Position numbers and translations under genes: made by a program. A model generated the notes under the pieces. That model had not been told where the DNA came from. It made no database searches and saw only the letters and a list, made by a program, of their open reading frames with translations. DNA of 64,000 nt from Cyanobacteriota bacterium (GTDB lineage Bacteria > Cyanobacteriota > Cyanobacteriia > Cyanobacteriales > Nostocaceae): the NCBI GenBank assembly GCA_046045965.1, contig JBJOKS010000007.1:64001-128000 (forward strand), given 5' to 3'. Shown piece by piece: positions 11,279-20,028 of this stretch. Each line of letters opens with the position of its first letter. The stretch's first letter is position 1.

Positions 11279-12367
11279 ATGAAAACTTCTTCTATTCTCA
11301 TTGTCGATGATGAACCTAATAACTTTGATGTAATTGAAACTTTTCTTTACAACGAAAATTATCAATTGTACTACGCTCAAAATGGACACAAAGCCATCAA
11401 TTCTTTAGAAAGAGTTCAACCAGATGTGATTTTAATGGATGTCATGATGCCAGAAATGGATGGACTCGAAACCTGTCAGCTAATTAAGCAAAGCGCCCGT
11501 TGGCAGCCTGTTCCTATTATTATGGTTACAGCTCTGACTTCCAAAGAAGATTTAGCTCGATGTCTGAGCGCAGGAGCTGATGATTTTATTAGTAAACCTA
11601 TACATGGTATGGAATTACGGTCTAGGATTCATTCCATGTTACGGATTAAACACCAATACGATCAGGTGCAGGAATTACTAAAGTGGCGAGAAGATATGGT
11701 CAATATGATGGTACACGACCTGCGGAATTCTCTCACCAGTATGGTTTTATCGGCGCATATACTCAGATATCCCAATTTACCTCCAGAAAAACAACAAATC
11801 AAAGTTAATCAGATTATTACTGCTGGAGAAGAATTACAGTCAATGATTGACGGTCTGTTGATGATGGCAAAATTAGAATCAGGGAAAATGGTTCTCAATT
11901 ATTCGGAAGTAGACCTTTATAATTTGTGTCATTCAGTCCTGGAAGAATTTGCAGCGATCGCAGAAAATAAAAATATCGAATTCATCAGCGATTTACCAAA
12001 ACCAGGTGGTAGTCTGAAGTTAGACTTGGCTATCTTCCGTCGCATCATCAATAATCTTGTCTCTAATGCCATTAAGTTTTCTCCTGTTAACAGTAAAATT
12101 ATTTTACGTGCCAATTATCTAGAATCTGGATCGGCAAAAGTGGAGGTTGCTGACTTTGGACCCGGAGTTAAAGAAGAACTGCGAGAGAAAATTTTTGACA
12201 AATATGAAACAGGAACTATTATTAGTAATACCAATCAAACAGGTTTAGGATTGGCATTTTGCAAAATGGCTATCGAAGCTCATGGAGGCAAAATTACATT
12301 GCAGGATAATCATCCTCAAGGCTCTATTTTTACAGTTGAAGTCTCAGAAGTTGCTACAGCTGGTTAA
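11279..12367 (+). CDS. REC-HisKA-HATPase hybrid response regulator/kinase
   Basis: ILIVDD...LMDVMMP, VHDLRN, NAIKF, GLGL; starts 14 bp after the large kinase. Confidence 0.92.
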   Translation: MKTSSILIVDDEPNNFDVIETFLYNENYQLYYAQNGHKAINSLERVQPDVILMDVMMPEMDGLETCQLIKQSARWQPVPIIMVTALTSKEDLARCLSAGADDFISKPIHGMELRSRIHSMLRIKHQYDQVQELLKWREDMVNMMVHDLRNSLTSMVLSAHILRYPNLPPEKQQIKVNQIITAGEELQSMIDGLLMMAKLESGKMVLNYSEVDLYNLCHSVLEEFAAIAENKNIEFISDLPKPGGSLKLDLAIFRRIINNLVSNAIKFSPVNSKIILRANYLESGSAKVEVADFGPGVKEELREKIFDKYETGTIISNTNQTGLGLAFCKMAIEAHGGKITLQDNHPQGSIFTVEVSEVATAG

Positions 12368-12579
12368 AAAAAGGTTTGACAGAAAAAATATAATATATTC
12401 ACCATTTCAGTTTTATAATGATCCTGAAGCAGCTAACAATAAGGGTAATTAAAGATGGGATGACACAGGTTTTATGAACCGATCTAAAGATTTTATAAAT
12501 CCTTTAGATGTTACTTTATCTACCCTAGATTACAAGTCTGTTTTTCCTATAAAAATCACTTCGCAGACACCTACAAATT

Positions 12580-13293
12580 ATGGATTTGTCAAATTTTACA
12601 ACACTAAACAACTTAGAAGCAGCTTTCGGTGGTGAATCGATGGCAAATCGCAAATACTTGTTTTTTGCAAATGTGGCGCGTAAACTGGGTTTTTCAGACT
12701 TAGCAAAACTTTTTAAGGAAACAGCAGATCAAGAAACCGAACACGCTTTTGCACATTTTGAGTTATTACATCCAGAGCTAGTTGTCAAAGATGCAGCTAG
12801 TTTAACTGATGAACAAAAACGGGAAATTATATCTCGCTGTTTGTCTTTAGCAATTGAAGGTGAAACCTATGAATACACTACCATGTATCCTGAATTTGCT
12901 GCTGCTGCTCAACAAGACAGAGACAACCCCGCAGCCGAAGAATTTCTTAAACAAGCGCAAGAATCTGGTGAACACGCTAACACATTCCGCGCCGCAGCAC
13001 ACCGTTTTGGGTTGCTAAAATTCATCGAAAATTATCATGCAGATCGTTACACCGAAGCTTTGGAAGTATTAAATGGAGGACAAGCTGTAACCAGAGTAGC
13101 AGGTGAAGATCCCCAAACTCAAAAATGGATTTGTAGACAATGCAGCATGATTTATGATCCTGTTGTTGGTGATCCTGATTCGGGAATTGCACCTGGTACA
13201 CCTTTTGCAGCAATTCCTGATGATTGGAGTTGTCCTATTTGCGGTGCTACTAAAAAGACTTTTAAACCGCTTGAGGAAAAAGTTGCAGCTTAA
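12580..13293 (+). CDS. Rubrerythrin with C-terminal rubredoxin domain
   Basis: AFGGES, ETEH/ESGEH diiron ligands; WICRQC...WSCPICG rubredoxin. Confidence 0.92.
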   Translation: MDLSNFTTLNNLEAAFGGESMANRKYLFFANVARKLGFSDLAKLFKETADQETEHAFAHFELLHPELVVKDAASLTDEQKREIISRCLSLAIEGETYEYTTMYPEFAAAAQQDRDNPAAEEFLKQAQESGEHANTFRAAAHRFGLLKFIENYHADRYTEALEVLNGGQAVTRVAGEDPQTQKWICRQCSMIYDPVVGDPDSGIAPGTPFAAIPDDWSCPICGATKKTFKPLEEKVAA

Positions 13294-13413
13294 AACAATA
13301 GGTAATAAATAGCAGTCAGGAGTCAGGAGAAAGAATGAATTTTTTTCCTCTCCCCTGCTCCCTATTCCTGCCCTCACAAATATGATAACTAATCAAACAG
13401 ACATGATATAAAT

Positions 13414-13908
13414 ATGCAGCTAAAAATTAGAAAAATATACAGACTTGAAGAATATTCAACACCAGATATATTCTATCATTCTTTTATTCCTACCTTGGGA
13501 ATATTATTATCTATATTTGCTGGATGGGAAATAATCTGGTTTTGTTTTATATTGGGTTCATTTATTAGTATTTTAATTTTAGATATTGATAATTGCTATG
13601 AATTAATAACCTGCCATTTTAATTCCTCACTTGGTCGAATTACCTTGAAACAACGAAACATATTCGCTCAAGGAGTGATTGAACTACCACTTAATGAAAT
13701 CGAAACTGTACTAATTAATTCCCATAGTTCATCTCTGACAGTAAAAAATAGATTTGGTAAAAATGTGGAAGTTGATAACCAAGTATATTGGATTGTTTTA
13801 GTGTTATATTCTGGTGAACATCGCCGATTGACTTATTATGAAACTTCTCTTTTTAGTAACAAGCAAAAAATGGTTGATTATATTTTATTTTTGAAAGAAA
13901 ATACATAA
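13414..13908 (+). CDS. Hypothetical membrane protein
   Basis: 164-aa ORF with two hydrophobic segments. Confidence 0.6.
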   Translation: MQLKIRKIYRLEEYSTPDIFYHSFIPTLGILLSIFAGWEIIWFCFILGSFISILILDIDNCYELITCHFNSSLGRITLKQRNIFAQGVIELPLNEIETVLINSHSSSLTVKNRFGKNVEVDNQVYWIVLVLYSGEHRRLTYYETSLFSNKQKMVDYILFLKENT

Positions 13909-13943
13909 AATTAATCAGCTAATAATATTGCAGATTAAAAGTA

Positions 13944-14065
13944 ATACCATTTCTTCATGAGGCTGCGCCGAATTTCCTAACCTTGTCTTTCCTTGTCTTT
14001 CCTTCTCTGCGTCTCTGCGGTTAGTTTATCTTTAAATTGAGCGCATCTTTATACAGAATTGGTAT
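13944..14065. mobile_element. MITE-like element, 122 bp
   Basis: Imperfect 25-bp terminal inverted repeats (ATACCATTTCT.../...AGAATTGGTAT, 19/25 by hand) flanked by AAGTA direct repeats. Confidence 0.65.
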
Positions 14066-14127
14066 AAGTAATCATCTACAGATTCATCCGTTTTCATATA
14101 TTTAGACTACACTATAAATTTACCCCC

Positions 14128-14177
14128 AAAAAAGAGAGTGGGAGGAGGCATTATCAAGCGCCATTCTCTCCCACTCT
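14128..14177 (-). terminator. Rho-independent terminator
   Basis: 10-bp stem AGAGTGGGAG/CTCCCACTCT followed by a U-tract on the minus strand. Confidence 0.75.
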
Positions 14178-14465
14178 ACTATTTGCTGCTGAAGCGATTC
14201 AGGAATACACACATAACGCCAATCGTTAATTAGGGGGGTAATTTAAAATTAAACGATAAGGTTTCTACTGAGTGAGTATTCCTATTGCAGCAAACGATCA
14301 TTTTATTTAATTGTCCGACAAACTTAACAAGAACTTTAAGCTAATTTGTTTAACTTCTTAGCAACTACCTTGCTTTCGTTTGTCTAATTTAATTTAACTT
14401 GCTTCTTGAGCCTGTGGTTGCCAACTTGGCATTTTTCTGAAATTTTTTTGATTGTTCATTGCTAA
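14128..14465 (-). ncRNA. Candidate structured ncRNA or small-ORF transcript (about 340 nt)
   Basis: TATAAT at 14477-14472, two long bulged hairpins and a terminator; no long ORF. Confidence 0.5.
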
Positions 14466-15005
14466 CATTTGATTATAGGGACTTCTGTTAATACAACTGG
14501 TATAAGTGCCAGGTAAAAACAAAGAGACTGTTAGTAAAGCAGTAGGGGGTAAGACCCGTCAACCGCATTTACATTTGATGGCAGTGGCTTTTAACCCAGT
14601 TGATTTGTGAGTTGATAACTTATTTCCAAATCAGTTTACCATGCAACATAAATTGTTTTGTATGAGGGGTTTAACCCTTTCTTAATCAACTATAGCAGTA
14701 TGCAGTTGAATGAGATACAAAATTATCTGGGAAATCTATACACTAAGAGACTTTCAACTCTGTTCCTTGTTAAGAGTTCCCTGTTCCCTGCCTCCACGAC
14801 AAGACTTTTATGTTTAACGGTACGCGTTAGCGAAGCTCCACGGAGTGGCACAGCAAGCCCTATTTATTTAATTTTAAATTGTTAAGTTTTAATTACCCAC
14901 CGGGTTATATCGTGTGTTCAGTTACAGTTCTATTTGCAGAAATCAGGCAACAATAGAGATTCATAACTGATATGCAGATTTGTTTGTAAATGATGCTGCT
15001 GTTTC

Positions 15006-16691
15006 ATGAAACCTCGAATTATTGTTTGCGGCTTAGGACGTACCGGATATAAAATATTTCGTCTGCTGAGACAGCAGGGGGCTTGGGTTGTTGGTATTCA
15101 TCGCAAACCCATTGCTGGAGAAACTACAGGAGATGTAATTATTGGGGAATTATGTGCAGCTTCTACCTTGCAAGCAGCAGGAATTGAAAAGGCACATACT
15201 TTAGTAATTGCTGGTTCTGATGATGCCATAAATTTGTCAATTATGATGCAAGCGCGAGTTTTGAATCCCCAAATTCGCATTATCAACCGTTTTTATAATA
15301 CAAATTTAGGTGAACGTCTTGATCACACTCTCATAGATCATTTAAGTATGAGTGTTGTCGGTTTGGCAGCACCAGTATTTACTTTTGCAGCTTTGGGAAA
15401 TCAAGCAATTGGACAAATCAAATTATTTGATCAGACTTGGCCAATTCAGGAAGAATATATCCATGAAGATCATAACTGGAGAGGTAGAAAAATCAGTGAT
15501 TTGTGGGAAGATAAATCAAGAATGCTGATTTATTATTTACCTGTGATTGGCAAGATAAATTTAGTCACAGCAGTGTTAGCAGAACAACGTTTAAAAGTAG
15601 GCGATCGCCTAATTATTGGCACTCAACCCCGCATCAATAATACCCGCAAATCATGGGCAAGAAAATTACTTAAAATTTTCACAAGTATCCGGCAATTTCA
15701 GAAACACGCCAGATCAGTCCTAGCAATGGCTATGGCAGTGATAGTAATTATTTTAATCGCTACATTTACTTATGTTTCTACAAAATTAAATATATCATTT
15801 GTTGATGCCTTATATTTTGCTGTGGGCATGATTACAGGTGCTGGTGGTAATGACAAAGTAGTAGAAAATGCACCCAATAGTATTAAATTATTTACCGTTT
15901 TCATGATGCTGGCAGGAGCAGTAGTCTTTGGTATTTGGTATGCTATGCTTACAGATTTTGTGTTAGGAACTCGTCTCAAACAATTTTGGGATGCTGCCAG
16001 AATTCCCCAACGTAATCATTATATTGTCTGTGGTTTAAGTGGTATTGGCATTAAAATTGTTCAGCAACTTCATACTAGTGGACATGAAGTAGTAGTCATT
16101 GAAACAGATCCTAATAATAGATTTGTGAACACTGCTAGGGGAATGAGTATTCCTGTAATTCTGGCAGATGCGAGTTTTCGCACAACTTTACAAACCAGTA
16201 ATATAGATACCGCGTCCGCAGTTTTAGCTGTTACTAATAACGATGCTATTAATTTAGAAATTGCTCTCAAAGCCAAAAGTTTAACATCAAAAATTCCGGT
16301 AATTGTTCACTATGCTGATCCTGATTTTGCCAGGATAGCACAACAGGTATTTGATTTTGAAGCTGTATTAAGTCCCGCAGAATTAGCTGCACCGGCTTTT
16401 GCTGCTGCTGCTTTGGGAGGGAGAATTATTGGTAATGGAATTATAGGTGATAATTTATGGGTTGCTTTTGCAACTTTGATTACTCCTAATCATCCTTTTT
16501 GTGGTCAATGGGTGAAAGATGTAGCTAGATATGCAGATTTTGTGCCTTTATATGTAGAGACAAATCACCAAACTTTACACGGTTGGGATTTATTGGAAAC
16601 TAATTTAAGTGCGGGTGATATTTTGTATTTAACAATTCCGGCAAATCGGTTATATCAATTATGGCGTGAAGAGCAAGAAATGGTAAGTTAG
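15006..16691 (+). CDS. TrkA-N (RCK)-containing potassium channel family protein
   Basis: Two Rossmann motifs (IIVCGLGRTG, IVCGLSGIG) flanking a 2-TM pore region (DALYFAVGMITGAGG). Confidence 0.88.
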   Translation: MKPRIIVCGLGRTGYKIFRLLRQQGAWVVGIHRKPIAGETTGDVIIGELCAASTLQAAGIEKAHTLVIAGSDDAINLSIMMQARVLNPQIRIINRFYNTNLGERLDHTLIDHLSMSVVGLAAPVFTFAALGNQAIGQIKLFDQTWPIQEEYIHEDHNWRGRKISDLWEDKSRMLIYYLPVIGKINLVTAVLAEQRLKVGDRLIIGTQPRINNTRKSWARKLLKIFTSIRQFQKHARSVLAMAMAVIVIILIATFTYVSTKLNISFVDALYFAVGMITGAGGNDKVVENAPNSIKLFTVFMMLAGAVVFGIWYAMLTDFVLGTRLKQFWDAARIPQRNHYIVCGLSGIGIKIVQQLHTSGHEVVVIETDPNNRFVNTARGMSIPVILADASFRTTLQTSNIDTASAVLAVTNNDAINLEIALKAKSLTSKIPVIVHYADPDFARIAQQVFDFEAVLSPAELAAPAFAAAALGGRIIGNGIIGDNLWVAFATLITPNHPFCGQWVKDVARYADFVPLYVETNHQTLHGWDLLETNLSAGDILYLTIPANRLYQLWREEQEMVS

Positions 16692-16782
16692 ACTGGGTAC
16701 TGGTGACTGGGAAGATTTATAATCTAATTACCAATTACCAATTACCAATTACCCATTACCCATTACCAATTGCATGGTAATA

Positions 16783-17532
16783 TTACCAGCTAACTAAACC
16801 ATAATAGGAGAGAATTACATAAACTATGAATGCAAAAAAGACGAGATGTTCTATGAAAAAAAGAGGTGATGAAATCAATAGAGAAACTGGATTGTAAGGA
16901 GGTTTGTGCTGGGTCCACCAATATCCTAGAGGTGCTTTAGCTTGGAAATATCCTAAGTTCTCTAGTTGTTGACGATGGTATTGATCATAACGAGGAAATT
17001 GGCTAAAAGGTAACTCTCCTCTACTATGTTGAGCAATAATTCTTCGCCGTTGATAGGGAACAGTATTATCACCAAAATTGCTTTGAAATTCTTCACTGTT
17101 GAGGAGTGCATCAATGAAACCTTGTCTTCCTTTTGTACCCAGAATTATAGACCAGGCCATTGTTTCTTGTTTACTGTAAACATTCCGTCCTAAAACTCTT
17201 TGGATACACATTTCTACGAAGCGGTAATTGTTGTTTGTGTCGTAGTTGCGTAAGCGGAATGTTTCAGATAATAACAATCCCCGAATAAAATCCCTAACAG
17301 TAATACTTTTGTGTTTTAATTGAGATTCTAGGGTTAACTGACGGTTGCTAACCAGAATTTGTTGTTCGTTAAAAATTTGACGATATGCAGCCCAAATTAA
17401 CTGATCAATTTCTGCGGTGTCAGGTGTTCCTTCTGTGGTGTAAATTCTGGGTTGTTCGTCTCCAGGAATTTCAAAACTTTTAACTCTTTGGTTTTGACTG
17501 GATGGAGCGTATTTTAGTAGAGGAAGAGTCAT
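16783..17532 (-). CDS. cpcL: Phycobilisome rod linker CpcG family with hydrophobic C-terminal tail (CpcL type)
   Basis: PLLKYAPSSQNQRV, AAYRQIF, RVLGR, VPYQRRR linker domain; hydrophobic C-terminus LFFIEHLVFFAFIVYVIL. Confidence 0.82.
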   Translation of the reverse strand: MTLPLLKYAPSSQNQRVKSFEIPGDEQPRIYTTEGTPDTAEIDQLIWAAYRQIFNEQQILVSNRQLTLESQLKHKSITVRDFIRGLLLSETFRLRNYDTNNNYRFVEMCIQRVLGRNVYSKQETMAWSIILGTKGRQGFIDALLNSEEFQSNFGDNTVPYQRRRIIAQHSRGELPFSQFPRYDQYHRQQLENLGYFQAKAPLGYWWTQHKPPYNPVSLLISSPLFFIEHLVFFAFIVYVILSYYGLVSW

Positions 17533-17930
17533 AGTTATCCTGTTGAAGTTGTAAAAATGATGAGTTCAGGATTTACGCAATAACTTTGATTTGTAAGGTT
17601 AGTTGGTATATCTGCACTTACCAACTTTTGTTAAATCTCAAAGTTAAAATTCTGATTCAATATTGAAAATTATGATCTACTTTTACAACTAAATAATTGT
17701 TAAGAAATCAAAAGTGGCAGAAAAAATTAAATAATAATGATCATGGTTGTTTTCCTAACCACAAAGTAGCATAATATCTAATTGGATGCTCTTCTGTATC
17801 TAAAGTAGCTGTAGGATTGAAAAAGTATTAATGATTGATTAAAAAATAAAAAATCCCCTACTTTTGGCAGAAGTTGGGGATCTCATATTCTTGAATTTAT
17901 GTGAACAATGTGAACACATTTAAAACAAAT

Positions 17931-18650
17931 TTAATCAGAAATGCCAGCATCTCGCAGACGTTTTTCTAATTCTTCAAGGCGTTTTAATGCGGCTTCTTTT
18001 TCTTGTCGTTCTTGTTGCACTAACTCAGAACCCCAAAGCAGCAAATTACCATCTTGATCCCACCAGCGTAACCAGTAACCTTGACGGTTTTCACGCTTTC
18101 CTTGCCATACACCTATAAATAATTGCATTTCCACTAACCAATAATGCTGATTTTCGTTATCTGAGCGTAATTTATATTGTCCTTTATCTAGTTGATGTAC
18201 TTCTAATTCCCCGGTTTCTGGTTGAAAAATGATGTAGTTAGGAACTTGTAAAACTTGTTCATAAAAAAACCATTTTCCTGGGGGATAGGTGCGTTTACTG
18301 GAATATTCATTTCCTTCTGTATCGGAAAGAAATTCCATTACCACTGTAGGAATTTGTCCCTGTTTGTGGGGGGTGTAGCTACGTTGAATTTGCTCTCTAG
18401 GTACGGTAATTTGCGGCACGAAAGCCCAATCAGGTGCTTTGATGACAAATTTGTCATTAAGTGTGGCACAAATGCCGTAATTGGTAGTAGCAAGGGTAGT
18501 TTCTGGTAGTTTACCAGCGAGTTCTAAACTTTCTGTGAGTGCTGCTGCTAGACTGGGTTGGTTGACATTATCCACAGGTTCATTGTCTAAAATGAAGTCT
18601 TCGGGTAGGAGTTCCCAGGTGATCTTGGTAGTCGAAGTAGTAACAACCAT
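17931..18650 (-). CDS. Uma2 family endonuclease-like protein
   Basis: KAPDW...VVMEFLS...K..FYEQVLQVPNY...WLRWWD and C-terminal coiled coil. Confidence 0.9.
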   Translation of the reverse strand: MVVTTSTTKITWELLPEDFILDNEPVDNVNQPSLAAALTESLELAGKLPETTLATTNYGICATLNDKFVIKAPDWAFVPQITVPREQIQRSYTPHKQGQIPTVVMEFLSDTEGNEYSSKRTYPPGKWFFYEQVLQVPNYIIFQPETGELEVHQLDKGQYKLRSDNENQHYWLVEMQLFIGVWQGKRENRQGYWLRWWDQDGNLLLWGSELVQQERQEKEAALKRLEELEKRLRDAGISD

Positions 18651-18713
18651 AAATGTTCAGATCAGGGGGTGTAAGTTTAAGTATAGCTGGTGGTGGATAT
18701 AAGGATTTTTTAA

Positions 18714-19229
18714 TTAGTTTTGGTTTTCACACTTGCAATTTGGGCTGTTAGGTGCTAAAGCTTTACAGCCTAAAGTCTCTAAATGATTTAAAACTTCCAT
18801 TGTATTTTTCTTTTTACAACGCTTTGCTTCTCTATTTTTTGACATAATATTTTCACATAATTTGCCAGCAACATTTGTGTCAAGAGAAGCATTAAAATGT
18901 AGTTTTTGGGAATGTAAACAATTTCCTTCTATAACTAATTCATAGTTTATTCCAACTTCTTGTAATTCTTCTTCAGTTATCCAGATAAAATCAAAATTCT
19001 GATCTTTTGGATTTCTATTAGCACTTATAGCAACTATTGTGGAATAAAAGTCTTCATTTGATTTAACTAAATAAAGACTATTAACACCATCGTCAAATAT
19101 ATTTACAGCAGCTTTTTGTGCGCGTTCCTGTTGACTATTACAATATTCTGGATGCCAATGTGTGAGCTTATTTATTTTTCTGATATATGCAGGAGTTTGT
19201 ACACCAAAATCTTCAAGAGTTGGAAGCAT
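18714..19229 (-). CDS. Hypothetical protein, candidate ADP-ribosyltransferase-fold toxin
   Basis: YIRKI..W, NSLY, FDFIWI.EEEL..VGI, G..., LHFN pattern; Cys-rich tail; last gene of an AT-rich operon. The function is inference. Confidence 0.5.
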   Translation of the reverse strand: MLPTLEDFGVQTPAYIRKINKLTHWHPEYCNSQQERAQKAAVNIFDDGVNSLYLVKSNEDFYSTIVAISANRNPKDQNFDFIWITEEELQEVGINYELVIEGNCLHSQKLHFNASLDTNVAGKLCENIMSKNREAKRCKKKNTMEVLNHLETLGCKALAPNSPNCKCENQN

Positions 19230-19248
19230 TATTTAAAGTTGTCAACTC

Positions 19249-20028
19249 CTACATATCTTCTATCGCTTCTTTGGCATATTTCTTCACATATTCATCATGC
19301 TCAGAATCTGACAAAAAATATTCTAACTGACTTTTGATAGATTCAACATCTACCTCATCTTCCATTATTAACAAAGCATCTATAATAGCAGTTCTCACTG
19401 AGCGTCTGTTGCTATCTGGAATCAATTTAACGATTGTATTAAATCTCCTTTGAACAGGAATATTAGAGGTACAAGCAATACTTGTAATTAGGATTTCCCA
19501 TTTTTTTTCTAAAACTAATAAATTCTTATTATCTGGGCTAGGTTTTGGTAGATGGTTGAGAGTAGAAATAATTACGTTTCCACACTCTGCTAACAGCATA
19601 ACTGTAGCATCAAAACCTTCACGAATTTTTCTGGAAGTACCCAAATCTAATACTTCCAATACTAATTTAACAGATGTTATCTGTTTAGCAACCTTTTGAG
19701 CTAATGCTTTTCTGTTATTTGGATGAGATTGGAAATAATCTTTGATTAAGATTGAACCAAAAAATTCACCAGCAGAAGAAGTAATTAAGGTTCTATCAAC
19801 ATAATTATTTTGATTTGAAATATTGTAATTTCCTGTTGAGAATAAAAACCGCCCAGTAGCTAAATTAATTGCTTTTCTGGTAGACCGAGGTTTAAATCTA
19901 TTGACTTTTTTTATTCTGGTTTCAGAAAATTTGGAAAATCGCAATTCGTCAATATTATCTTGACCTTTACTTTTCTTAGAAGATTGTAAATTTTCAATTT
20001 GAGAATGACTAGCATATTTAGTAATCAT
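19249..20028 (-). CDS. Hypothetical protein with disordered N-terminus and HEAT-like C-terminus (candidate antitoxin)
   Basis: G-rich RBS; overlaps the upstream gene by 11 nt; 'VRTAIIDAL...DEYVKKYAKEAI' HEAT-like helices. Confidence 0.55.
   Translation of the reverse strand: MITKYASHSQIENLQSSKKSKGQDNIDELRFSKFSETRIKKVNRFKPRSTRKAINLATGRFLFSTGNYNISNQNNYVDRTLITSSAGEFFGSILIKDYFQSHPNNRKALAQKVAKQITSVKLVLEVLDLGTSRKIREGFDATVMLLAECGNVIISTLNHLPKPSPDNKNLLVLEKKWEILITSIACTSNIPVQRRFNTIVKLIPDSNRRSVRTAIIDALLIMEDEVDVESIKSQLEYFLSDSEHDEYVKKYAKEAIEDM

Noticed and set aside
12410..12510. PerR/Fur-type box upstream of rubrerythrin
   Set aside because: Only a half-site TTATAAT and an AT-rich inverted repeat; not distinguishable from background by eye
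14182..14294. 6S RNA
   Set aside because: The rod is only about 113 nt and I recognise no 6S sequence motifs; kept as an unknown RNA candidate
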